The notes beneath the pieces were generated by a model, which did no database searches, had not been told where the DNA came from, and worked only from the letters and a program-made list of their open reading frames with translations. Positions 34,693-48,522 of a stretch of DNA of 64,000 nt are shown piece after piece (the stretch's first letter is position 1; each line of letters starts with the position of its first letter). The DNA is from Moniliella sp. 'wahieum' (taxonomy: Eukaryota), in contig RSEE01000148.1 in the NCBI GenBank assembly GCA_003971905.1, forward strand, positions 1 to 64,000. Direction: 5' to 3'. The position numbers and the translations under genes were made by a program.

Positions 34693-36504
34693 ATGCCCTT
34701 CCCGCGGTGCATCCGCGCGCCTCGGCCGTCACCGGCAGCGACCTGCCCAGCACCGAGAAGCTCTCCCACGAGCGCCTCCTCCACTCGAGCCCCGGCAGCC
34801 TGGACCGCGACCGCTACCGCCCTCGTCCCCGTCCCTGCGCCCTGCCCCGCCGCCCGCCGTGGCTCTGCCGCTGCCTCGCGCCGCAAACGCATCGTCCTCT
34901 TTGCCGCCCTCACCGCCACCGCCATTGCCCTCGCCATTGGGCTCGGCGTCGGCCTCGGCGTCGGTCTCTCCTCCCACTCCCACCACCACGCGGCTCGGAC
35001 GAAGGCGGGTCCAGTCCCACTCGCAGCTTGCCCCCCGCCCCGTCTGGCGCTACTTTTCTCCGGTTCCGCGCGTGTCCCAATATCACCCAGGCCACTGTGC
35101 CTCTCATGCACTCTTCCCTCTGGGCCGACCCGGACCCTGCGTCCGACGGCACGACCACCACCACGCCCAGTACGGCCACCACCGCCGTGGTCGTGCAGCA
35201 TGGTATTGGGCGTAACTTCCAAGTGGCCTTTTCTGCGCTGGCGCCCGTGCTAGATCTGGCCCAGAGCACCGTGCTCGTTGCGCCCAACTTTTACTATCCG
35301 ACCGATGTGCCGCGCGTGCTGCGCAATGGCAGTTACTCCAACTGGTTCAATGCGTCGCAGACGCTTGCATGGGACAAGTTTGCGTCGTGGGGTGGGTGGG
35401 TCGGACCCCGTTTGCGCCCAACAAGTCGGTAGCTGCGTCGTCAGCTACTGTTGGACAGGCGTGGCGTGCAGCACGTACGATGTCCACGATCGTCTGTTTG
35501 CCTTGTTTACCACACGACCCTGTACCCGCACATGGAACGCATCATCTTTGCTGGTCACTCGGGCGGTGCGGCACTGATGAGCCGGTACGGCCATGGTCAG
35601 TTCCGACCCACCGGCGGGATCCAACCTTACCCTCCGCTTTGTCCAGGCCAACACGCCCAACTTTGCCTACTGGACTCCCGAACGGCCCAACGCGACCCAC
35701 ACCCAAAAGTGCGCTGGTGGAACGATTGGAATTACGGGTTGGAAGGCACAAAGTCGCGCTACGTCGCGGCCAAGTTCACCTCGTCGGTGCGCGACATGTT
35801 TCGGTACGTTTACGCCCGTCCTACTGTTCTGGGTTCCGTTTTTCCGTTTTTCCTTCTTCCTCTCTTTTTTTTCTTTTTGTTTGTTTGTTGGTTTGTTGGT
35901 TTGTTGGTGTGGTGGTGGGAAGCAAGGAGAGAAGGATACTGACTAGGGACGCGTACGTTCCCCCTAATCTGCTGTACGTGTGGCCAGACGGTACGTTGCG
36001 CGGGACATAATTGAGTTGCAAGGCAACATGGACACGCGTCGGTGGTTCCCCGTAGGGGACTACGGGTGCCAAGTGGAAGCGCAAGGCGGGAACGACCGAC
36101 GGGACCGAAACTACGCCTGGTGGGTGTACAAGAACCTGTTGTCTGGATCACCATTCAACGTGACCCAGTTCCCATTTTATAGTGAGATGCGCGCGCTGCT
36201 CCCGTCCCGCAGCGTACTGGATAACTCTACCCTGCCTGTGGGCGCAACGTCGAACCAGACGGACGGGTACACCTATACGGCCAGTACGACGCATGCGGAT
36301 GTCGCTGCGGACGCACATGTGTTCCGACACAGGTTCTGTGTCGTTCCGGACGTAGGACACATTGCTCCTCTCATGTGGAACTCGTCCTGTGGCGTACAGG
36401 CGTTTGCCGACGCTGGTGTCCCCCCCAGTACGCCGTTTGCTGATTTGCCCCCGCTCCAGCCGAGTCAGTACCATGGGCCAAAGCCTAAGGCGTCGGATGA
36501 TTAG
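34693..36504 (+). CDS. Uncharacterised type II membrane-anchored alpha/beta hydrolase
   Basis: RRKR followed by TM segment IVLFAALTATAIALAIGLGVGLGVGL; VVQHGIGRN; nucleophile elbow AGHSGG; VQANTP; VPDVGH (candidate catalytic His). Probable intron ~35805-35987; frameshifts. Confidence 0.72.
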
Positions 36505-37114
36505 GGTCCCGCATTGCGTCCCCCCCCCTCCCCCGGCTCAGCTTGGCGAACGGTCCTGTAATGAATGCCTGACTAGATGGGGGGGGACGAAAAAGAACGA
36601 AAGGAAGAAGGAAGAAAATGCTTTTTCCAGGTTTCCCGTGGACGCGGTGCACGATGGGCCACCGGGGTGGGGGTTGGGTTTGGGGTTGTTCGGTTTCTGT
36701 TTTGGTTGGTTGGTCGGGTTTCGTTTCTGTGAAATGTGCGCCTCAACGTCCCCCGTCTAGCCCCGTCCCGACCCACCCCCCTAATCCAACACAACACAAT
36801 CCAACACAATCCAACCCAAGCCAACCCAAGCCAACCCAAGCCAATCCAAGCCAAAACACAACACAACACAGGCCAAGAGGAGTTGCATCGAGTCTCTCCT
36901 CGCATGGTCCCATGATCCCCTGCCCATATCCATGCCATGATCTCATGATGATGATCATGGTCATGGCTACTATGGCACTGGCCAACACGCACTCTGTATA
37001 TCTCTCTTTCCTTTATTGGTTGTGTACCTGTTCCTGTTCGCCGTGGACTTTTTTGTTTTTTCATGTTTTCATGTGCCTCAGCGCTCAGCTTAGCCTAAGC
37101 GCTCAGCCTAAGCC

Positions 37115-37180
37115 CCCTGTGGTCTACCCTGTGGTCTACCCTGTGGTCTACCCTGTGGTCGACCCTGTGGTCTGCCCTGT
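37115..37180. repeat. 12-bp tandem repeat CCCTGTGGTCTA (~5 copies)
   Basis: Read directly. Confidence 0.9.
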
Positions 37181-38111
37181 CCTGACCGATCCAGTCATGG
37201 TGGCTGGCGACTGGTGATTGGTGATTGGTGACTGGTGACAGGTGACCTTTCTTTCTGGACCCGAGGGGTGGCTATGGCTAGAGACGTTCGGACGGTTTCT
37301 TATTCCCTGCTCTCCTTTCCTTTCCTTGCTTTTCCTTCATTGTTTTTCCTTTGCTTTGCTGTGCTTTGCTTTGCTCGCAGCGTCGATGGCGCCCCTCTTC
37401 TCACTATGCATCCCCCTGGCCTTGGTAGCTGTATGGTGTAGGTGGCATGTGGTGTGTGGGATGGTGTGTATGGTGTAGACAGTGTGGAGGCCGCCACGTT
37501 TTTCCTAGACGCCCTTGTGCACCACAGATCAATCGTGTCTTTCTCTTCTCTCTTCTCTGCTCTCTTTTCTCCTGGCGTCCTGAGCCTGCATTCACCAGGC
37601 CCAGTATCCCGACCGACACGGGACCGCTCCCATCCTTCGCAAACCTCATTCATGGCCCCCCGCTGTGTGGAGTGGGGCGAGACAAAGAGCTCGCACGGCG
37701 GCGACGGATGAATTGAAGCTGCAGCATCAACGACGTTCTTCCACGCGTGTGTGGGTGGTGTACGGAGTACTGCTAGGCAACGCGGCGACCGAGGGCAAAA
37801 CAGACAAAAAAGCGAGCCGCAGCAGATGGGGTTAGTGTGGATTCCCGCGTCTTCCTGGTGTCGTGCGGCGACGTGCGTGTGAGACCCAAGTGTGACATGT
37901 GACTGGGGAGACGGAGGGGGATGGCAATCACATGTCACACCTGGGTTGGGCCAGGGGAGGATGAAATGTCAAGTCCAGCCACGCGCTGGACCGCACAGAA
38001 GTTTTTGCAGAGCAACAGAAGAACACCCAATGGGGGAATGCCGATGGAGTGTCCTGGCCAGAGGCCCATGTGGATTGCGTATTGAGTATTGAGTATTGAG
38101 GGCAGGAAGGC

Positions 38112-41100
38112 ATGTCTGCTGAGCGCCCGCCGGTTGGTGCTCCTCTGCTATACTCTCCTCTCTGGACAATTCAGGGGCGGGAGGGAGTAGGATGCCCCCC
38201 ACCCGACCACAGCGGCGCACCCGCACGGGGCAGTGTGTGGCGCAGCCCCCGCCCTTGGCCCATGCGCGCGCAGCCATCCGTAAGAGCATTCAGCAGCCCC
38301 ACCCGCCACTACCACCATCCCCATCGCCATCTCCATCTCCACCACCACCACCACCCACACCACCACTGGCCTTGCCACCACCCCCACCCCTTCCCCCACA
38401 CGGCACCGCAGCGGCACACACCACAGCCGCGGCTGCCCCCCCCCTCTCTCGTCCACCCTGCCGCCGCTCTCGTTCTGGCTGCTGGTGCTGCTCGTCTTGC
38501 CCCAGTACCTCAACGCCCCGCCCGCCGACCGAGCAGCACTCCGCCTCGGCCTCCACTCCGCCTCCCTCTTCGCCTCCGACGACCCCGACAGCGCCCCGCG
38601 CATCGCCCGCCGCCGCTGCCTCCTCCGCCTCCGCCTCGCCCTTGCCCGTGCCCGCACCCACCCCCACACCCGCCCACCCGCCAGCTCCCCCTCGGACGCC
38701 GTTGGCGACGCGCTCTCGACCATTGGTCTTGCCTTTGGCCTCGGCATCCTCGCCCTCCCCATCCTCTTCAACCGTCCCTCCTCCTCGTCCTCCTCCTCGT
38801 CCTCCGCCCCGCCCGGTGCACCAGCTGCGCCCAGCACAGACCCCTCCTCCCGAGTCGGAGCACAAGAAACCCCGCTCTTCCCTGCCTGGCCACCAGCACT
38901 GCCGACTGCGGGCGTGCCGCTGGACGTGCGCTTTGCCCCGCGCCTGGCCTCTCGCGCGCTGACCCAACGCCCCTTCTCCACCCCCGTCCTCCGCCCCACA
39001 CGCTCCTCCATCCGCCGCGCCCGCCCACACGCCCACACCGCCCTCGCCGCCTGCTCCCCCCCGCCCCCCTTGCCCTCCCCAAACCTTCTTCCCGCCTTGG
39101 CCTCCTCAACGCCGTCCAGACTCGCCGCCAGCTCGTCGTCGCTGACATTCAGTGGAAGGTACGTGTCTCCCCGGTACTCCTGCTCCTGCCCCTGCCACTG
39201 CCTCACTTGTGTCATTCCCCACTGACCTTCGACCTTGCAAAGTTTGAGCCACGGCAATGCCAGCACCCGAACTCGCCATGCCTGGCTTTGCGCTCCCCGT
39301 CGTCGACCAGCCCGTCCGCCCAGCCCCCGCGCGTTTCCCCCTCCCGGCTGAAGATCCCCCGCAGCCCATGGAAATGCCCATCCCCATCCTCCCCATGCCC
39401 ATGCCCAACCCCATGCTCACCCCGCAGCCCCCCGCCCCTCTTTCCGCCCACGTACCCGACCTCCCTGCCATCCCTCCGTCGCCACCGACCTCCCCGCCAT
39501 CCCTCCGCCGCCGCCGGACGCACCCGACGGACAAGACGCACAAGACGGACCCGACGGACCGCTGCTTTCCCTACCACGCACGGACGACCGCCGTCGCCCC
39601 TCTCTCGTGCCTCCGCTCATCGTACCCGAACGCAGCGGCAGTGGGATCGGTCCTCGCGGCCACCTCAGCCCTAGCGATTCGGCTAGTGTCGCCGACACAC
39701 CTAACCCGCTCAACAACCCCTTTGGCCACCACGACGGCCCTCCCGCCCATTTCCCCTCTCGCCCGTCTTGGGCTCCGACGGTCCCACTCCCTTCCCGGAA
39801 CCTGCCGCTGGATTGGAACCTGTGTCTGTGTCTGTGCCCGTGTCGGTGCCTTCTTCTTTGCCCGCTCTCCCCGTTACCCCATTTCCTTTGCCGCCGGCGC
39901 CGGAAAGTACAAGTACAAACACACCGAAGCGGACCTTTCCCCTTCGGCTCAGCCTTTGCCCGTCGTGCGAACCTCCGATTCACCCACCTCGTTCGTCCGC
40001 CCCGGCCACACCCACCGCGCATCCCTCAGCGCCAACGCACCGGCCTTTGTCCCCTCCAGTGCGCGACAAGGACCTCTAGGCGTAGGCACTGGCAACGGGC
40101 CTACGCCCTTCCACTTCCCCCCCTTACCCTCGGCTGCGCCCACACTAGCAGGGGACGGGTACCGTGTCGAGAACGCATCTGGGCCAATCAGTGTGCCGCC
40201 TCCACCGCGTCGGGCCCCGGCGGACCATACGCGTAGACGTAGCGCGACGGTCAGTGCGTTCGGACAAGACTTGGCTTTCCCCCCGCCCTGGCGCCCCATT
40301 GACACTTTGCCCCCCACCCCGGTTCGGTCCACGTTTGGCGTCACCACTCTCCGTCCGCCTCGGCCTCGCCTCTGCCTCGGGTATTGTGGGACGCGATCCC
40401 CTTCCCCTGACGTCCCGCACGTTCCCCCTCCCCCCGACCGTCGAGCAGCCCACGTGCCTGACTCTACCGGTACCGCTCCCACTCTCGCCACCGCCACCGA
40501 TCCCTTCCGCTTCCGCTTCCGCTTCCACCTTGCTGGGATCCAGTAGCTTCGGCGTGGGCGCACATACTTCTCCGCTTGGTGCGGCCGGTAGCCCTCCCAC
40601 TGCTGGGCCCACTCGGTCACCTGGTCCCGCGCCTGCAACGACGCCATCTGCTTTGGTCCCGCCCACCATGCCTATTCCGGGTCGGATGGGCACGGCGAGC
40701 GGACCGTGGAACGTGCGTGGCCCACCACATGCTTACCCGTTCTTGCAACCTGCCGCTCGTCCCAGTGCGTACGTCGGAAGTACTACCGTTGCACGTGCTG
40801 CGACTGGTGGGGTGGCAGGAGGACAGCCCCCGCCGGCGCTACAACCACAACAGCTACGGCTGCCCCTCCGGTGTCTGTTTCGTCTGCTTCGTCACATGTG
40901 CATGCCCGGCACATGTCCGGCGCCATATTGGCCAGCGGGATGAACGCCAACGCCAACGCGAATGGGAATCCCAATCTGAATCCCAATCTGAATCCAGGTA
41001 TGAACCTGAATCTGAATCTGAATCTCAGTCCGAGCATGAAGATGAATATGAACGTGGCTCGACGGGGGTCGATTTCCTTGGCCAGCGGACCGATGGGCAA

Positions 41101-44100
41101 CAGTGCTCACCCCCCGCGCTCACGGACAGGCCGTATCGTTCACCATCCGCTCAAGACTACGGGCCACAACTCGACCCCGAGCGTGCAGCTGGACCCAGCG
41201 GCGTTTGCCGAGATGCTCGCGGCCCAAGCGGGTGCGGCACAAGCTAAACCCGACCCGACGGGGTCGGGGTCGGGCCTAGGATCAGGCACGGGGGAATGGG
41301 TATGGGAATGGGTATGGGTATGGGTGCGGGCGCAGGGATAAGGGGGAAGAGCGGATTGGAGAATGGTGGGCAGTATGCTAAGGACCGTCCATTGGGTCGT
41401 ATTGCCCCAACTACCGTCGTCTCCCCGCTCAAACCTCGCAAGGCCATCACCATCCTCGTCCCGGACGAGTACCTGCATCGCGACGCCCGCCGTCCCAGCC
41501 GTACGCCTACCTCGCTCCGCCGGCGCGCGACGAGGCGCTGCAGCTGGAAACGGAGGTGGGGGATTTGTTGGATGCGGATCTGGCCGAAGCAGAGCGCAAG
41601 TTGCAGCAGGAGCAAGACGAAACGGAAACGGACGAAGAAGAAGAAGATGATGATGATGACGATGATGATGAGGGAGAAGCGCGTCCTACTTCCCGATCTG
41701 CGTCTACGCACTCGTCCAACGGGCACGGGAGCCCGTCGCGCACGTCCTCCCACCCGGGACAGACGACGGAACAAGTGCAGGCCAAAAAAGATCATCTGCT
41801 GCGCTTGCGAATCATCAACCGTCGTCGCGGCGGCTGGCACGCTCGGCGCCCGCTTCTGCACCTCGCCTTGCCGGCGGACACTCCCGACGCCGCAGCCAAC
41901 GCGGGGTCGGACGCCCGTTCTGCCGGACACCTCCCGCTCCCGACGGGCTTTTTGCCGGAGCAGCAGGACAGGAACCGGTCAGAGTGGATGCCGCGCGGGG
42001 CGCACTGGGCCGCTGAAGAACACAAATTGCCTGTGCTGGCGGAGCGCAGTGCCAGTGCCTTGCGTGGCTCGATCCGCGTCTCGATGCCATCTCGCGGTTC
42101 CAGCACGAGGAAGAGTTGCCGCCCTGCCCGCTGCCCGCCTCGCTCGTCGTCGCTGTGCCGCCACCACCGTACCGCGCCTGGAACGGGTACCTCCGCTGGC
42201 GCAACGATGAGGCCCATCGCGCTTGGGCTCAGGAACTCACCGCGTTCCTCCCCCTCGACATGGTACGTTGTCCCCCCCCTCCAAACGCGCTTCTTGTTGT
42301 CCCGACGGCCTGGGATTTGGAGTGCACTAGGTACTGACACGGACAGGACCAGGACACCAGTTTCGACGCCGATGCCGATGCCGATGCTGATGGCGAGACT
42401 GACGCCGATGCCCTCCCCGCGCTGGACGAATGGACCCATCTCGTCCCGGCCGCCGGGACGAGAGAGAAGAAAGGGCGGCTCTGCTGGCCCGTGCGGCGCG
42501 CCGCGAACGCCGCTCCCGCGTCTCTCCCCCCAGCTTGATGCCCATCGCGCGAGACGAGCTGCCAGAGCCCGCCGGGATCGACACGACGTTTGCCGCCACC
42601 GCGCCGGGTCGAGTTCCGGACATTACGCTGGCCGAGGAATCAGAGAGCGTGTCAACGCTGTCGTCGTCGTCGCCGGAGCCGGAGGCGGGGTCGGGAGGTC
42701 GGTCGCACAAGCTACTCCAGCACGCACCGGCACGGCCACCGGGACTTCGCGCCACTCGCCCCGGTTCCCCTTGGGCCTCTCCTCGCCCGGCGGGTCCTTT
42801 GGTTGTCCACTTTCCTTCCCCTCCCACCCGTTCCGCCGCTCGGCGAGGCCAGCTTGCTGGACCCGGCTACCGAAGCCCGTATCCGTGCTCGCCACGACCG
42901 TCTCTCCGCCCCCTTCTCTTCCGCACCCACCCCGACCACCGCCCTCTCCCCCACCACGTATGACCGCGAACTTAAGAGCGACTCGGCCCTGCCCCTCCAC
43001 CTCCGCCCGGCGCCCTCAACACAAAAGGACCCAAGTGGTCTCCCTGCTCCTGCTCCGGATCCTGCTCCGGATCCTGCTCCCAGTCCGTCCAAGCAGAGTC
43101 CGACCGGGGCAGTCCCCCTTGCCGAAAAGGAGGGAGAGGAGATGGGCCACGGTGTGCCGAGCCCGCAGCTGGGACCGACGGTGGCGCCGCTGTTGTCTGC
43201 GCCATCCTGGTCGCGGTTGCCACCGGATGAGTACGACTCGGACATGGATACCAACCCGTCGGACCATGCGAGCAGCCTGATGAGCCTCATCCACGAGCGC
43301 GAGGAAGACCCTGATGACTCGGACGGGCCGGCGGACGAAGAAGAGTCGCCCTACCGCCCGCCGCGGAGCGTCTCGGCGGTCGGACGTCTGTCGAGCGTGG
43401 GCTTTCTTGCGTCGGACGACCGCGGTGCGCCGGAGCACACTACGGTGCTGCCACGGACCACCGACGCGCAGGGCAGCGACCCGCTGCGCAGTCGGCGCAC
43501 GAGCCAGGCGAGCCGGTGGACGAGCCACGGACGGAGCATGACGTGCGAGACGTTGCCCTCGTCGAGCATTGGCGAGGGGGAGAGGATTGCACGCGGCGCG
43601 CCGACCCCACCGCCATCCGAAGTGGCCATGAGCCGTCGGCCGAGCTACTTCCAACCCCGACCGAGCGTCTCGGGCCGCTCCTCCACCACCCTCGCCGTGC
43701 TCGCCCCTAGCCCGCCCGTCCCACCCGTGCGGCCTGTCCCGCGCCCGCTGCCCGACGACCCGGACTACATCTCCAACCCGTCCGACGAGGACGAGGAGCA
43801 ACTGTACGGCACGTACGACCCCGACGAGCAGGACGACCTCGCGTTTAGTCCTGTCCAGCCTTACCATCCGCCCATGGCCACTGCCCGCCCGCCCCACACG
43901 GGCGCCTTCTCACTCGCCCCGGCTTGGCCACACGATCCCCGCCTCCACCGTCCTGGCCAGCCGTCGTGGGAGGAACCCCAGCCGCTGCCACACCACTCAC
44001 ACCACCCACTCCAGCCACACTTCTCCCCGGATCGCAGCGATCGCTCTTGCCGCCCGGGTCGGGACCAAGGACGCTCAACGCGGCCGCGCCGGCGTTCCAG

Positions 44101-47100
44101 CCGACCGGACAGCGTGCGTTTACGTTCCAGTCGCCGCTGCCGTACCCCTACCCCAGTCTGCCCGACGACAAGCCCACGCCGCCCTCGGCCTCGGCCTCGC
44201 TCTCGGTCTCGTCCCCCGGCACAGGCACAGCTACAGCCACAGCTACAGGTACAGGTACAGGCACAGGTACAGGCACAGGTACCAGTTTCCATTTGCCCGA
44301 CGTGTTTGCCCGTCCGCCGCTGGCCAAGCCCATCACTATCCGTCGGCCCAAGGAGACCATGCACACGTCCCCACTGGCTTCGCCACACCGCACCCTGCTC
44401 GCAGGGCGACGTGCTGGTGCCGAGCCGGCCGTCGCAAGCACAAGATAATACAGGGTCCAGCGTGCCCAAACTCGTTTCCCACTTGCACGAGATGATGAAG
44501 AACCAAACTGGCTCCCACGACGCGTCCCACAAGGTAGGAGCGTCAGCAGGTGTTCCGGGTGAATCGGCCCTGTCTCTCGCTGCTTCGGGGCACAATAGGC
44601 TCTCCCACCCTACTCGTGCCTCTTCTCCGCGAGGATCGCCATCGCCCCCGCCCTCGGTGCCCTCTGAGACGGAAGAGATGGTCAGTTGGCACGCGACGAA
44701 AAAGGATGGATTGGGTCACGCGTACCCCTCTCCCTCTGCGCACCCACACGAAGACAACAGTGCCGACGACGCCGACGGATCGGACTTGGATCGTTCCACG
44801 GACTACAGCTCGAGCGAAATGGCCGCCGAGATGGAAATGGAGCGGGAGACGGAGGAGGAAGAGGAAGAGGAAATGGAGGAGGAAGAGGAAGATGTGGTGG
44901 ACGAACTAGCACGAAGACTGGAGCAAAGTGTGGATGCATGGCTGGACCAGCTGGTACGGCAAATGCGGAACGCAACCAATGGACCAAGTAGTGGACCAGC
45001 CAGTCGCCCTGTACCTCCTCCACACACGTGGGCGCCTCCCCTGGTGCTCAGCTCGGACGGCCAACCGCGCTTCCTGGACCCCAAGGCGGTCGGCACACCC
45101 AAACTGCTCCCCGCCCCGCGTGCGTCCCAGGCGCTCAACCTGTCTGAATCGGGCGAACACGACTTTGACCGCGTCCAGGCCGTGTTGGAAAGCCAGTTTG
45201 CCCAGCTGAAACGGACCTTGACCCAGGCCATTCCGGAGCTGGTGCAGGATCACTACCGGGTCGCTGATGCACGTCCCGTCTCCACTTCCACCTCCACCTC
45301 CACTTCCACGTCTACTTCCCCTTCCACGCCGAAGGAGCGTGCTGCCCACTTATCCGACGAGGCCTTGGCTCGTCTCATGAGCACCATCGCCTACCGTATC
45401 CGTCACAGCCTTACCATCTCCGTCGCCGAGGTACAGGCGTCGACCACAGGCTTGCCTCCGCCCGTCGCTTCGCCCCTGCTTCTGTCCCTGGAACGGGTGG
45501 AGCGAGCGGTAGCTCAGCTGCCTGCGTTCGACCAGGCCCAAGCTAAAGTGGAGGAACTGGTGAGCTATGTATCGGCACGCATGGACGGCCTCAAGCGCAC
45601 CATGCAAGAGGGACAAGACGCGTTGACGGACGAAGTGAACATGGCGGTGTACAAGGCAGTTGCGCCTCAGGTAGAAGAACGCGCAGACACAGACCCGGAA
45701 CTGGTCTCGTCCATCTTGGTCTCCAACTTGGTCCAGGTCGTGGAAGAGTACACGTCCTATGGCGATCAGGCTGAGGTCGCAGGCGAATTGGTCAGCAGCC
45801 TCGTTCGCCCCTTGATCTCTTCCCTGATGCAGGACTTTTTGGACGACGTGCGCGCACACACGGAAGCCTTGTGGGACGACTGGGTCGACGAGGCCAACGA
45901 GCGCTTGGAAACGGCTTATGCTCACCTCGGACCCCTCACAACAACCAAAGATCGTGCCAAGCTGGGCGCGGGAACGGGCACAGGCACAGGAACGGGTACG
46001 GGTACGGGTACGGGAACGGGTACGGTGCTCCGCCCATCTTCGGTCCAGCCTTCGTCGCCGGTCCGGACTGCCTTGGCCAATCGCACAGCGCTGGACAAGG
46101 CAGTGGGGTCCGAGGCGGTGCACAAGGCAGTGCTGACGGTGCTCAAAGAGAACAGCATGGACTACGATCAGGTGGTTGGGATGCTGGAGCCGCTGATCGA
46201 CAAACAAGAAGGTACCAATGCGGGTCTGGAGGTGGTGTTGGAAAAGCAGCGGGATACGCTGGCTGAAGTGGGCCGATTGCCAGCGCTAGCACGCTCAATG
46301 GCAGACCGGGTTTGTCCTCGACACGGAGAACTAGGGACTCGTTTAACCATTTGCTAGAGCGCATGGGCGCGCTCGTCACCCTCGATGAGTCCACTGTATC
46401 CTTCATGTCGGATCTGGAGGAAGAACGACTGAGCTTGGAGGAGAAGGTGGCCCAACTCACACGCCACATGCGCGACCAAGAACTTTCGCAGCACGCCGCC
46501 AAGGCTGAGGCCAAGGCCCAGCAGGGCATTGTGGCTGCGTTGGAGGCCAGTCTGGCGTCTCTACGGGACCGACTTGGCCGAGCCGAGACGGACCTGGTCC
46601 GGGTCCAGGATGAAGCCAATCGCCACCGGAACGAGGCGATGCGCGCGCTGCAAGAAGAGAACGAGGCGCGTCACCAGCTTGAGACGGCCCGGCGCGCCCA
46701 AATCCAAGCGGAAACCCGCTTGGCTCAGATGCAAGACGAGCAGGTGCGAGCCAAAGCGCGCGCGGAGCAGTGTGAGGAGGAAGCTGAGGCTTCCAGGGCA
46801 GCGCTCCGTAGTGAACGTGAAGAGTACGACGCTCATCTCCGTACCCAGCAGGCCCAACTCGAGTCGGCCGAAACGGCCGCCGCGGCAGCGCGCAAGCAAG
46901 TGGACTTTATGTCGATTCGTTTGTTGGAGGTGGAAACGATGGCGAACGAACGGGTCGCCGAGCAGAGCAAGATTGCAGCGGAGACGTTGGGAGAACAACA
47001 AGAGTTGCGTCGCCGTTTGGCGGAGCAGGATACCATGATTCATAAGCTGGCCACCGAGCTGGCGACACAAACTCATCTCTCTACCATCGCTTCCACCCAG

Positions 47101-47847
47101 TTGGCCGATGCGAATCGACGTGCCATCGATGCAGACAAGACGAGTCGGATGCTGATGATGGCCGAGCGGACGATTGCCACACTGCAATCTAAAGTACAGG
47201 CCATGCAAGCATCGTCCGCTGAGATGAAGAAGTCCCAGAACGAGGCAGCTGTACGTACTTCCCCCCCCCCTCCCCACCTCCTCGCCTCTATCGGGGTTCG
47301 ATAGTTATTACGTGCGTGTGTGAACGGGAAGAAGGAAAGACTATATACTGACGCTGATGAATTTGAATTGGACTGCCGATGGACAGCGTTCTCAGCGCGA
47401 ATTTGACCAGTACCGTTCCCAGTTCCAGGCCATGGAGCGCGAAGTGGGCGCACTCAAGGAGACGATGGTCGAGCGTGCTCGGCTGGACGAGGCCGAGCGA
47501 GTGATTGCGTCCAACACAAAAGAAAACGATGAGCTCAAACGGAAAATCGCCTTGTTGCAAGCCACGGCCGTGGCCCCCGCCCCTACCGCTACTAGTACAA
47601 CGACTAGCCTTACCTCGACGAGTGTCGCGTCGCGGCCGCGCGGGCGAGCGCGGTCCGAGTCGACATCCTCTCTTCTTCCCCTGCGTCTTGGTCCATGGCG
47701 CCGACGTCGATGGCACGGGCGGAGAAGACACCCTCTGTGTCTACTCAGGCGGCCGCTACCACATCCAAGGGCGCCGGGACCACCTGGATAGCCTTGGGCG
47801 AGGTAGGACACATGGTCCAGGTCGACCAAGACGGCTGGTGGAGCTGA
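38112..47847 (+). CDS. upa2: Upa2-like endosomal mRNA-transport protein (PAM2 motifs, coiled coil, C-terminal GWW)
   Basis: PAM2-like SLSANAPAFVP (~40020-40055) and TLNAAAPAFQP (~44071-44103); long coiled coil ~46350-47560; ends VQVDQDGWWS* (TGA 47845-47847). Introns ~39158-39242, 42263-42346, 47251-47386. The start and the continuity of the 5' part are uncertain because of frameshifts. Confidence 0.75.
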
Positions 47848-48522
47848 TCCCCCAACCTGCACCCCAACCCCAATACCCCCAACCCCATGCAACCCGATGA
47901 ACTCGATCCCGATACCGATATACCGATATACCGATACCGATACCGAACCTACCCAAAAATACCATAGCCCGGCCCACCATTTCCTTCTTCCCATCCGAGG
48001 GGGAGGCTTGGCCCACCAGGACCACACGGATCGAAGTTTGATCCACGTTGGATCCGGCGAGCTGTGTCCTGCAAACCTGATCCAACAGGCGCTTGCACTT
48101 TTCTTGACCGGCCTTCTCCCTCTGTTTTCTCGAAGACTCGCATCCACCATTTCCCGATCCCCCGATCCCGATCCCGAAGACCCCATACATTTCCCAACCC
48201 GAACCCCCATACGTTTTGAGAATGTTTACCGTTACCATACCTTGTTTCCGGTTTCCGGCTCAGGGCAGTGGGAACATGGCTCGCCACTGCCCCCGGTCCT
48301 GTTCTAGCACGCAGACACGGAGCACGAGTTCCGCCGCGCTGGGATCTGGTATAGCACAACTTAAGAGTGTGACCCGCTTAACAGGAGAAAGAGAAGAAGT
48401 ATCCCTGCCCCACGCAGGTCACGTGCGGCCTGGCCCCCGTTTACCCCACCGCGGGTACCCCGCCCAACCCTACCGGTGGGCCGCTGCGTCTTCTCGTCTG
48501 CCCCACCGTCGAGCGTCGACCG

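Noticed and set aside
22016..47300. Many long overlapping and antisense ORFs (e.g. 23867-24919, 27963-28985, 38148-39266, 45350-46207)
   Set aside because: These are shadow ORFs expected from high GC and codon bias opposite real genes; they carry no domain motifs.
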